Source: Sporopachydermia quercuum
Lineage: Eukaryota
NCBI GenBank assembly: GCA_001599295.1
Contig: BCGN01000005.1
Location: forward strand, 248,001-312,000
Direction: 5' to 3'
Length of the DNA: 64,000 bases
Shown here in pieces: positions 38,001 through 47,229 of this stretch. The notes under the pieces are model-generated. The model was not told the origin of the DNA and did not search any database. It worked only from the letters and a program-made list of their open reading frames with translations. Every line of letters starts with the position of its first letter. The first letter of the stretch is position 1. Made by a program: the position numbers and the translations under genes.

Positions 38001-39247
38001 CATTCGTCCTCATCTTCCGTGTTTCCCTCATTCTCAAGTAGCCTCTCAGTCCCCGCTCCTTTTTGTCCCCTATTATCCTGTATCGTTCTCCTTTCTCCAA
38101 AAGCCTCGAAATTAGTCTCGTCGTCTTCATCCAAATCAATGGCCCGCTGAATGCTTGTTCCACTTCCGGAATTACCTTCTAAAGAAAGTGTCCATCCGTC
38201 ATACCGTTTCTGTAACATGTACTGCCCACCTTTCTCTCCAGCTATTCTTCTGCCCATAGTAAAGCCCGAATTTTTCTCATTTGGCATTCCAGATCCCGAT
38301 TTCGAGCGATTATTAAGAGGATTACCACCAATTAAGCCTTCATCTACACCGTTCAGGGTCATCAATCTCTGGGTTAGGTAATTACGCTTTGCCACACGGT
38401 TAATTTGAAATTTTGAAAACTCCATCCGATTAGGAAATAAAGCCTCTAATTGCTCTTTCGAATAACCCATACGAAGCCGAGATTTCAACCGGAGGTTGGA
38501 CAAAACTGTGTATTGGATAGTGTCTGGGAGGTTCCGAAACTCTGGATGATCAGGATCCATGTGGCTCAGATCAACATCATGTAGGTCGTGTTTTAAGCTT
38601 TCCGTCAACATCTCAAATTCCTCATCAGTAAGAAGCCGGTTATCATTTGTCGGAATGTTTAAACCACCTTCAATTTCAGGAAGATGATACTGATCAGCTT
38701 TGCGGAACATTTTCGCCGTGTTTCCCTTTTGAGAAATAGGTTTAACAAATATGTCTGTGTCCATGTTGTTCAAATCCTCTAAATAATAATAACTGCCTAC
38801 TTCGGTATTCTGATCAGTTTTCTCTTCTTCTGCATCCGTCTCCACCTCCCGTTCAGTCTCAGTTTCTCGGTCATTATTCACCAATTGAGCTTCTGCCTGT
38901 CGTTGAAGCTGCATAGATAACAGTCGCTCAGCAGTTTTTTCTGCACTGTCCCGTTTTCCTTGCCGACGCTCTTTCCGCTGCCGAATGGTCTTCCGTTTTA
39001 ATTCTGGGGCACCTCCGTCAAATACAAAAACAGGTCGAATTCCAAAGAACAAAAGTTTACATATTCTTCGGAAAAACCCAACGACATGGGAGTTTTTGAG
39101 CGCGTTACCTTCTGAGTCCCGTACTGCCTTCAGAAACTGGTATATCCAAATTGAAGCGTCTACAGCTAACCGTTGCCGAGATAAGGCTTCTAACCTGACG
39201 GGGCGAGCCGTCAGAGAGACGATGTCCCACAGTTGGTGGACACCCAT
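35039..39247 (-). CDS. RAD2: XPG-family nucleotide excision repair endonuclease Rad2
   Basis: N region MGVHQLW..LAVDASIWIYQFLKA..PVFVFDG; I region FGIPFITAPMEAEAQCA..GIITDDSDCFLFG; H3TH GSDYTEGIRGIG. Long Asn/Ser-rich spacer. Confidence 0.97.
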   Translation of the reverse strand: MGVHQLWDIVSLTARPVRLEALSRQRLAVDASIWIYQFLKAVRDSEGNALKNSHVVGFFRRICKLLFFGIRPVFVFDGGAPELKRKTIRQRKERRQGKRDSAEKTAERLLSMQLQRQAEAQLVNNDRETETEREVETDAEEEKTDQNTEVGSYYYLEDLNNMDTDIFVKPISQKGNTAKMFRKADQYHLPEIEGGLNIPTNDNRLLTDEEFEMLTESLKHDLHDVDLSHMDPDHPEFRNLPDTIQYTVLSNLRLKSRLRMGYSKEQLEALFPNRMEFSKFQINRVAKRNYLTQRLMTLNGVDEGLIGGNPLNNRSKSGSGMPNEKNSGFTMGRRIAGEKGGQYMLQKRYDGWTLSLEGNSGSGTSIQRAIDLDEDDETNFEAFGERRTIQDNRGQKGAGTERLLENEGNTEDEDECEDIEWEDVITEPLEPQPAERQKSNESQYEQIRISRKDLEDLFGEDITDLDQATELQKSIELSIDSAKVADSLLLNQKQQQAKPQLFYDEDEEQKEEEEFRRAIELSKLTSKIIKEVKNEKDDFSTNELYVDRKTANVTKNKNSTNTNTNYNYDSKTFGSVSDEDPDDVVSVDKNVASSMIDSTKAINNGSNNTDNTMNPIFSSFDFDLKNSSLFNKGKTTNVSNKSNSKNSNNSASMIDRKTNSINTSGKVRSMLADDRIFDINATNPTSSSIKPISVNLLTKDQLMLSSIADGYSSGDSLDEKLIPXRRNNNTKNGSKVVRNTVINRETASNSKINTLSERKKPETPAWFQEDNRFISSQFNGLSNIGIEAASNAIDEDLEVGLVPFDEVKIRNSKGNSNIYRNGVYSGVDDKSSEDDSVIAVENNSENANDSDIEELGVRRINGNDNNSAIKDADADAGVRKSELITNAGIGVTPRNSGTNANYHTNVIAVDNTSDNSKTPIASRAEPYTESLTADEPTGISSSSSSPIMVSAKNSSNVHKVSIADYVFDDEEEQDLFAQLQQEEEEHGRFAAELNXHKIAQSHDTKRIRDESDISDNDHNPIYNVTNPYQPQNIPTKESLSESLRKDKRDSDEVTQTMVEECQELLARFGIPFITAPMEAEAQCATLLEMGLVDGIITDDSDCFLFGGTKSKVYRNLFNQSKYVECYYGKDLEHELKLNQDRLIELAFLMGSDYTEGIRGIGPITSMELLAEFGGEGHVNEDDDEPARQEGQQHQMKELIRFRNWWLKVQHGEIIEGTTTWKKNFIKKFRGKLFLGKDFPDFQVQEAYLRPEVDKDPTEFQWGKPNLDLLRKFLTRSLGWSQGKVDEVLVPVIQDMNNKQKFGVQSNIGSFFIVDPSASVSREVMTSKRLKRAMNKMGARTFREKNVENNESSSGIGEDPEEGNMKVREKKRNKDDNNGAVSKRNIEGSAENNIKGRKRRAKK

Positions 39248-41243
39248 TTAAAGCAGAACGCACGGACTTGTAGTATAATTATTAAGACTTCTGTTCTCAT
39301 TAGTTCTATTACAATAAATTAGTAGTTAAATATGATTTAGAATATGAACCTGAATATGATTGTGATATTAAAGATAAGAAAGAGTCCTTAGAGGCAAAAT
39401 GATGTAAGGAATTGACATCGGGTCTCATTATGGATATTCTAGATACAACTTGATTACGTGATAATGATGTTAAACTTCAAGCAAATTCATGGAATTAAGT
39501 TCATGGCTCAGATTAAGTGCTTGCTAATTCATGTTAGACCTCGTAACTTTATATTGAAGTGTGTTACATTTTCTCCACAAAACAACAAGTATCATTTAAG
39601 TGCTACAAATACAAATACCATTTTGCGGTTTAAATCCTCTTTCCCAATATTCCTTATTCCTTATTGTTTTCTTTCCTCTTTTTTTCTGAGAGTGCTTGAT
39701 ATGCTGATTATTGATTTATGGATTAGTTCTTGTGCATAAATTGTTGTTATGCCAATCAAAGATCATTGTCGTTGCTCGAGAAAGGTTGAAATTACTGCGT
39801 TTTTCATTCAGTATNCCTATGAGAGTATTAAGTATTAAGTGTATTGCGTATAAGAATTGGATTTCTCAGTTGATAAGTCGGTGAAGTGATAGAAGGAGTT
39901 CATATAAGGATAGTGTTCACCAATAGAGTAATCATCATAAATTATATATAGAGAATACAATAGCGAATTAATACAAGCATTCGTCAGAAGTATCAAAAAC
40001 ACTGTGATTTCAGCGAACTCTTTTGCATATACTGCTTGAAGTAACATCACATCAGTGCCTTTCATATACTACAGCAGTATCCACAAGCAGAGTATAGAAC
40101 AAGAGAACAGTTCAGTTTTATAACTGGCAATACAATTTCTGCAATCACAACATAACGCAGCAGAGCATATTGATTAGAGTCAACTCGGTCCACGAGAAGN
40201 GAAAGCACAGAGTTGGCTCATAACAGATATATCAGCTGGTTAATAGACAAAGATTGTTACAGAAACGTTGCATATTGTTGGTGATAGATTTCGAGTCAGC
40301 GGAAGAATAACAACAAAGGGAAATTGCCGAAATAAAGATCTTACACAGCTTCTCACTGTTACACACTATTGCTGTATGGACGAAGTCAAATAATCTGTTC
40401 ACGAAACACCTGGAGAACCAAAACAAAAAGGAAATCAATATAAAGTGAAGTCTACTGGAAAAAAAGGTGACAAAGCTATTGGCAAACTCATATCTTTTGC
40501 TAGTGTCATCTCTTAAGCTTTGAACCCTTTGATCAAAAGAAGAAAAGGTATCGTCTGGAAGACCAGCCATTATCAGTAAAGTAACAGTGAAATTTTAATT
40601 ACTATTACTACTAGCACCACATAATACTATCTTTACTCAATCATAACGCGTGTTTCAGTAGTAAACATTGCTCCTATTAACTATTTCTTGTGCCATTAAG
40701 GGTTAGTTAACTGTCTTTTCAACAACTATACTCATTGACACTGCTACTTATTTGATAAAGCGTGTTTGTTCACTGATTATATACAAGGTCCATCGTATAA
40801 AAGGCTCTTAAAACATAACAAATCAACGGATAGAAAGCTCAAGCTTGCTTTTCGCCTTCTACTTCTTACATGTTGGGAGAAGCAGTATTACCTTCATCTA
40901 ACCTACTNACATTTCCGCAGTGTTTTCACCAATAAACTGTGTCATCAGCTGACAACGCCGTTATTAATCGAAATCTCACAGCAATTAGTAACAGACTAAC
41001 AGTGGCGTTATAAATGAAATTTGATTATTCCAGCAGGTTANCTCAATACAAATCAGACAGTTCTTTGAGACAATATAAATTGCATTCACATCACTTTCAT
41101 TGCAATTTGTTTACAACTTGCAGCATAAAAACACTGGATGACATTGCAGAACAAAGTCTGTCATTTTACCACATCTCACAGTGTAGAATACCCCAAACCA
41201 CCTCTAACGGGCAGTATTCATCTAGCAATTCATCATCTGCAAA

Positions 41244-42300
41244 ATGGAAATCTCGGATACAAAGCCTACGTTCAATAGGCCCCTTTGTAAGCTATACCTT
41301 TGTACTTCAGTTGTACAAATGACTCCACTAATATAGCACTAACACCACAGTCTATCCCACACATCCCCATCCTCAAATAGTTGGCATATTCTCACCGAAA
41401 TCACATGCTATCTCCCTCCCTGTCTCCGCAAATATAATCCATCACAACCCACACAACCAATCGCCCATGGAATTCATCGACAGATCCATCTTGTCACCTT
41501 ACAACCATCAACAACACCCTCAGCAGCACCTTATAGAGGACATCTGTTCATACCATAATTTAATCTCTTCTACTGGCGGAGTGTGCTACTCAAAACCATC
41601 TATGGGGTTTCCTTCCGCTCCATCAGCAATGGGGGGACACCCTGCAAATAAGACAGGCTATGAGTTTCCCCAGTACAGCTATTATACCACACAAACAGGG
41701 TTTACTCCGCTACTTCCTCATGAGAAAAGCACTGGCAGGCTCGGCGGGATACACGGTTCATTTCCAACAGATTTCAAACCCCGAGAAATTGCAAATATGC
41801 CCCATAAAGAAAAAGTAGATAAATGGCTAGGTGGATTGCCCCTCGTAGAGTCAGGAGGAGAAATAGTCAGTCTCGGATACCCGGCCGTACCTTCTAGCCA
41901 AGATACTTGCTCCTCGGGAACAATTTACACTTGTCCGGATGATTTGATTGAGCTTCAAGCTCGGATAATCACTCGGCTAAACCATCAGCTGTATGAATGT
42001 CAGAGCGGACAGCTATTCCCGGAGTTCATACTGGACGGATTGGACAGGGGCTCGGATGAACTTGGAGGAATTAATGCGGAAGAAAGAGGGGTAGAAACGG
42101 AGATGTTTTACGAGGAAATGGATGAAAAGGAATGGTATGGATTTGAGGAAGAAGAAGCGGATGATGAGGATGAAGACGAAGAAGAGAGGTCACAAAGAGA
42201 TGCCGAAGATGTCAAACATGATGAGGGAGATAATGGAATTTTTCGGGAACCTAGGGACAAGCATATGCGACAGGATATTGAAATTGTATTGTCCCAATAG
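41244..42300 (+). CDS. Uncharacterised protein; probably 2 exons, ~330 aa, acidic C-terminus
   Basis: The 41467-42300 ORF extends upstream through intron 41287-41350 (GTAAGC..CACTAAC..CAG) to an in-phase ATG at 41244. Domain-like segments KEKVDKWLGGLP and DDLIELQARIITRLNHQLY. Family not recognised. Confidence 0.7.
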
Positions 42301-42786
42301 CCGAATACTAGAGGATTATGGAAGAATAAGAAACGTCTGTAGCGAAAACAGCCAAAAAACCGAAATTAACTTGATGTTCGGCTTCGGCCTTTCCTCCTCG
42401 TTTCGGCATATATTGAATCACATCCGAGTAATCCTAATATCACTATCACCGACCGATACGTCAATTCAGTTTCAGTCACATGATGTTTGTCCGTTGTAAT
42501 GCAAGAAGCGCAACTACCCCTCATACTCATTGGCATCATACCTCTTTACACCGAACTACCCCCTCAATCTTTTTCTTTGGTTCCGTGCCGAAAATTACAT
42601 AAATGCATATTATTGTACTAGCATTATCACGTGCTTTATTTATCAGCTAAAACTCTAATTGATCTATTTGCTACCTATTGTTATTTTTGTTGATGTTCAT
42701 TACTAATTCTGATAGGACTATTCCCGATTAAGATACTAGTTAAGCCACATTTCATCCCCAATATGGAAGCTCAGGTTGTAGATAGC

Positions 42787-42812
42787 NAANNANGNNANNN
42801 NGNNNGNAANNN
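42787..42812. other. Cluster of ambiguous bases next to a poly(A) tract (probable heterozygous indel or assembly ambiguity)
   Basis: Interleaved N/A/G run directly before an A-run, downstream of GPI16. Confidence 0.8.
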
Positions 42813-42901
42813 AAAAAAAAAAACATTCGCTTTAGGAACAATACCGACAAATACCAGGCAAAGTTTACTACAACTTAACCCAGCCTCCACCAACATTATT
42901 T

Positions 42902-45337
42902 CTATTCCCTTTTAAGCTTCTCAGCCACAATCCTGAACCTCTCAAAAACTTTATCAGCAATCCGCTTCTTTACCCGCTTCAAAACAGCCCGGGGACCGAC
43001 CGACTGCGCTACCAAATCGGCTTCCTCTTCCGTCACAAGCCGCTTCACCAGCAGATTGAAAATTGTCCCGAAGTTCAAAGCCAACACAGTGGATGTAAGT
43101 ATAATCACGTTATACGGCATAGAGAAATCCGGGGTTGGTAAAGAAAGCAGTAAAGAAGATGACCGTGTAATATACTCAGCTGTCCGGATGAGCTCCCCGT
43201 TGCCCGATTCAGATTTGGACTCATGTTCCTGTTCTTGGACAACAACTACAACCGGCTCTAAATCAAATCCGCGGTTGGCGTCCGGAGGATATTCCCCTAA
43301 TAGCAGTAAACTCTTATCAAAAGAATAAGTCAAAGCGATGCTCTTTTCCGCCGGGACATTTAATTCTAATTCAATATGCGTGGGACGTTTCCGGTCAACC
43401 TCGGCTTGATAATAACTGGACACCAGTATGGGATTTTCATAAGACGTATCGGTTTCTTCCTGGACAGTTATTTGCAGAGTATGAAGATACACTCGGACAT
43501 ACCAAGGAAGGGTCTCAAAATAAGACAAAGCTATATCAGTTGTCCGTGTGTTTCGGATGATGGTGCGGAATCCTCCGGTGTCTTGACCGTAACCGGTAAA
43601 AGACCGGGACACGTACACTGGAGGTTCTTCTATCGAGACAACATCGGAGCTGTTTGTGGTTTTGTATTCAATATTACATTCATGTTTAGACGGAATTGTG
43701 ATACAAGAGTCTTCGGGGTGGATGATAAAGAATATCTCCTTGTACGATACTGCTCGTGGCACTTCGAGAGAACTATCGGCAGACTTTTCGGGATTGGAGT
43801 TATTCCACTGTTCATCCGTTGTTTCCTCGGTTTGTCCGTCGAGTTCGGAGTTGACCTCCGCTCCAGTTTCAGTTTCCGTTTCTTCTGATTCCACAGGTAT
43901 TTCATCGTCGGCTTCAACGTTAGCTCGCTCAGCTTCAAGGTTTTCTCCGGTTTCGGCTTCTGGTTGTTCCTCCAAGTTCGGGTTGTTCGCCTGGTTATTC
44001 AGCCTTTCTGAGTCATCAGTTTCATGTGCACCTCCCGTTTCTAGTTCCAATTCCAGTTCCGCTTTCGTTACGGCTACAGTTTTGGGTAATGTTTCCGACT
44101 TTTCTGACTTGCAGTCCACTCCGCCATCCTCCACTAATTCCTTGTCATATCTCACAGCAATAACATCCCATGAGTCTGTGACATGACTACAAACCTTGAC
44201 AGCACTCAATCCTACCGGACAATCACCCGCTATGCGTCTTCCGAAAATACCCCGCAGATCCCATTCCATATTGTCTGGTGATCCCGCAGGAAAACACGCG
44301 TACTGACTGTGAAATTTAGTAGCGTCACACCGTAAATCAGCTCCTTTTACTGGTTTCGGAACGGCTTCCACCAGCCGTTGCAATGAGCGCTCAACGGACA
44401 ATACGGCCTCAATGGACTGCTTGAAATTCAACCAGCAAATCTTACCCCGGACGTCACATTCCGTGACAACAGACACTGCCATTGAATGCCAATTAGCGTC
44501 GTATATTTTATGTCCGTCCAATAACGAGGAAATACCGGCTTTACCCTTACATGGCAGTAATTTGAGGAACGGGGTCAAATTTTCAGTACAAACCGGTTCG
44601 CCTGGTAAAGCAGCTCGTAATAAAAACATACGAGTTTTTGGACTATCGATATCCGACTGTCCGCTAGCCTCCGCTTCGTGCTCTGCATGGACGGCTGATA
44701 ATTCCTCATAACTCCGATCACTTGGTTTAAATGCTCTTTTTGGATACGTTGTACTTTTCTCATCTATAAAATTCAAAGAGGCACAAAACAACCCTGACAA
44801 GTTGTTTACAAGACGTCTCCATTGGGAAAATGCAGATAGCTCCGACTCGGATTCAATCCATGCCCATAATTCAACTCCGGTCCCTCCGGCATATTTACCG
44901 TTTTCAGGTATTGTACCCCATTCTTCCGAATCCCATCTGCCGCCCGAAAACCTTAACTGTAACTCCCGGACCCTTGTCAATGTTAAGATCGGCCCCAGAG
45001 AACGTGGAAACAAGGTGAAATGATCATATTGGTTGATCGACTGAGGTAAATGTGATGTTTTGATACTTGAAAACGACTGCCTTTCAGACAAAATGTCGAA
45101 ACTGAACTCAGCCAAAACGTTATTTGATTTTAACGGCGTGATATTTAATTCTTCATTGTAGGAATAAGGGAGGATTGACGACGAATTAAATGAATTGCTG
45201 TCTGAAGTGCCGTATGATGATTGAATTTCTGTTGCAATTGTTGGTGAAAGCAGAAATGTAAGGAGGACAGAAAAAAGAAACGCAAAAGACAACGAAGGCC
45301 AAGGAAACTTTCGTTTTGAATTGTTGGGGCTTGTCAT
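42902..45337 (-). CDS. GPI16: GPI transamidase subunit Gpi16 / PIG-T
   Basis: Signal peptide; HFTLFPRSLG, GGTGVELWAW, LSGLFCASLNFID, EPVCTENLTPFLKLLPCKGKAGI, EYPPDANRGF and LPTPDFSMPYNVII motifs; C-terminal TM helix with a basic tail. Confidence 0.96.
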   Translation of the reverse strand: MTSPNNSKRKFPWPSLSFAFLFSVLLTFLLSPTIATEIQSSYGTSDSNSFNSSSILPYSYNEELNITPLKSNNVLAEFSFDILSERQSFSSIKTSHLPQSINQYDHFTLFPRSLGPILTLTRVRELQLRFSGGRWDSEEWGTIPENGKYAGGTGVELWAWIESESELSAFSQWRRLVNNLSGLFCASLNFIDEKSTTYPKRAFKPSDRSYEELSAVHAEHEAEASGQSDIDSPKTRMFLLRAALPGEPVCTENLTPFLKLLPCKGKAGISSLLDGHKIYDANWHSMAVSVVTECDVRGKICWLNFKQSIEAVLSVERSLQRLVEAVPKPVKGADLRCDATKFHSQYACFPAGSPDNMEWDLRGIFGRRIAGDCPVGLSAVKVCSHVTDSWDVIAVRYDKELVEDGGVDCKSEKSETLPKTVAVTKAELELELETGGAHETDDSERLNNQANNPNLEEQPEAETGENLEAERANVEADDEIPVESEETETETGAEVNSELDGQTEETTDEQWNNSNPEKSADSSLEVPRAVSYKEIFFIIHPEDSCITIPSKHECNIEYKTTNSSDVVSIEEPPVYVSRSFTGYGQDTGGFRTIIRNTRTTDIALSYFETLPWYVRVYLHTLQITVQEETDTSYENPILVSSYYQAEVDRKRPTHIELELNVPAEKSIALTYSFDKSLLLLGEYPPDANRGFDLEPVVVVVQEQEHESKSESGNGELIRTAEYITRSSSLLLSLPTPDFSMPYNVIILTSTVLALNFGTIFNLLVKRLVTEEEADLVAQSVGPRAVLKRVKKRIADKVFERFRIVAEKLKRE

Positions 45338-45600
45338 TTTTCTGAGGGTAGTAATTGGAATAATTGTAATAATTTCCCTAAGGGTTTGTGTTGAATGAGT
45401 GAAGTGACATTAATCTACACAAATTGATCTGTGTAAGAGTTTTGACGATAATTGACAATATAGTCGACAATTATTATTAGGTTAAGTCGGTTTTTGGTGG
45501 TAATATCAGTAATTAATAATTGGTGGTTACTATATTTCTGCAATAATCAATGTATTCAGTGATAATTAAATTATCGCATGTATTTCCGCTGTAGTAAGGC

Positions 45601-45624
45601 AATAATAATAATATTATTATTATT
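45601..45624. repeat. 24-bp perfect AT-only palindrome, (AAT)4(ATT)4
   Basis: AATAATAATAATATTATTATTATT is its own reverse complement; it lies in low-complexity AAT-rich DNA upstream of GPI16. Confidence 0.9.
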
Positions 45625-46519
45625 AGCAATCAGAACTAGGAATTATTGTTGGATATAATTAATGTAATTAATGCTGCGATATTAATTATTACTAGAGATG
45701 ATTTGCTGATTAATGCTGCTGTGATACTAATAATTGCAATTACTGCTGAATGATTAATGCTCGAGGTTACTATGGTGTTTAATAGAATGGCATTTGCTGT
45801 TTGCCATACCTTATGAATTAAATAGTAGTCCTGTTGATGTTATATATCATGTGCTGTAGAATATCTAAAAGTGTCTGCTACCAATTTAACGAACAAACAA
45901 CTGTATCAATTTATGATCTCCTTGATTATGATGATCTTCCTATTTTTTGTTAAGCCGTTTTGAAGATCGATCAAGTCTGTAGTTTTATGGCACTAATACT
46001 CGGCTTGCGAATAGAGCTTCTCTATGAAAATTCTTGATTTTTCAATTTAAATGAAAAGAGATACAACTCAAATAACAGAGTTCTTGATATAACGAAGAAA
46101 TACCTCTGATGATGACGATGAGCTGAAAACAAGACCAATTGCAACCCAAAGCGCAATCAAACTAGGTTTCTGTTGATTTCTGTTGATTTCTCGTGATTTT
46201 ATTGAGAATACAGTAGCGACTATTGATATTTATGGTTACAATTACAATCGATTGTCAACTGCCAACTGTTATTGGTATTGCTGTTGTGTTATTGCTGTTA
46301 ATTCCTCTCNCTGGTAGAAATTATCACAACGTGTCATCTCACAGTAACTATAAAATAACATCACCATTAACAGTTAAATAGTGGTTTAATTGTATAAGTT
46401 ACCACGTTGATAATAAAGAGAAAATCAATGTAATCAAGTATAACAAATAGTTGTTATTAAATAATTAAATATTCAAATAATTATCGAAGGATGGGAATTT
46501 ACTATATAATCAACAAGAT

Positions 46520-46880
46520 GGATGGATGGGTAGGTGACAGGCGCTGATTATTCAATATCACCAAAGGAGTTCAGAACTTTCTGAAACCCGATGGGAAAGT
46601 CAACCAGAAGTCGTTCGAGCTCATGCGCTGTCAACGCGGAGATCATTGAGATTCACCCCCTACTGGTACTCACAGGAGAGGCTACTGAATACCCTACAAC
46701 AGAACCCGGAGCTAGGTTTCAAACAGAAATTAGTATTCTTGCACCACAANCATTCCTAACAGTAATATTTTGGAGTGTTCTGCGCGTACTCTGGTGCTTC
46801 CCTTCAGGAAACATATTCTGTTTGCAATTTGACCTAAGCGGTGCCGAAAAGAGAATTGACGTAGAGACCAGTACGGTGCT
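46520..46880 (-). other. Candidate unannotated spliced or structured transcript (ncRNA or micro-gene)
   Basis: GC-richer island in AT-rich intergenic DNA. Minus-strand intron signature 46789-46712 (GTACGC..TACTAAT..CTAG), followed by hairpins that pair better, via G-U, on the minus strand. Confidence 0.3.
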
Positions 46881-47229
46881 ATTTAAATTTTTCATTGTCT
46901 CTTGTGAATCACAATCCTTTCTTCTTGGCGAATTCCTAAATTTACCATGGTATGTATATATCAGCACTAAGAAGCTCATTACCATTTCAGTAAAATTGCC
47001 GTAGTAAAGCAGTTAGTGTCTTAAATGTGCTTCAGGTTCGGAACAGAATAACGTCGCAAAAGAGGGAAATCAATTGCGGAACAATTATTGGTAACTGAAA
47101 ATATATCCGAGGTTTACTCTAAAACCTATACAGGGATTTTTTCGGATTAATTCTTCATTAAGAGCTACATTTCATTCATTGCTTGCTATCCCAAATATAG
47201 ATACACATACAAGTACAAACTAATCTCGG

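Noticed and set aside
39860..39940. Box C/D snoRNA on the minus strand (ATGATGA...CTGA, ~70 nt)
   Set aside because: No recognisable rRNA antisense guide and a poor terminal stem; such boxes arise by chance in AT-rich DNA. The same applies to 487-555 on the plus strand.
40232..40570. 112-aa minus-strand ORF with an ACGCGT at 40646-40651 upstream
   Set aside because: No recognisable domain, non-coding-like composition after ~30 codons, and no consistent splice model; cannot be supported without expression data.
43056..45023. Many 60-180 aa antisense or alternative-frame ORFs within GPI16, and similar ones in RAD2, HSH155, APL6 and MSH2
   Set aside because: Shadow ORFs of real genes, inflated where local GC and CCG content are higher; no independent coding evidence.
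46100..46135. Hammerhead ribozyme core (CTGATGA...GAAA)
   Set aside because: The sequence between the motifs cannot form stem II, and flanking stems are missing.
46560..46716. RNase P/MRP RNA on the plus strand (GGGAAAGTC, GATGGGAA and ACAGAACCCGG look-alikes)
   Set aside because: The two putative P4 strands are not complementary, no P1 is evident, and the hairpins pair better on the opposite strand.
46591..47004. 137-aa plus-strand ORF, or an antizyme-like frameshift or TGA readthrough gene on the minus strand
   Set aside because: No family resemblance in any frame; the TCC-TGA site has an in-frame stop shortly upstream and only a short +1 frame after it.
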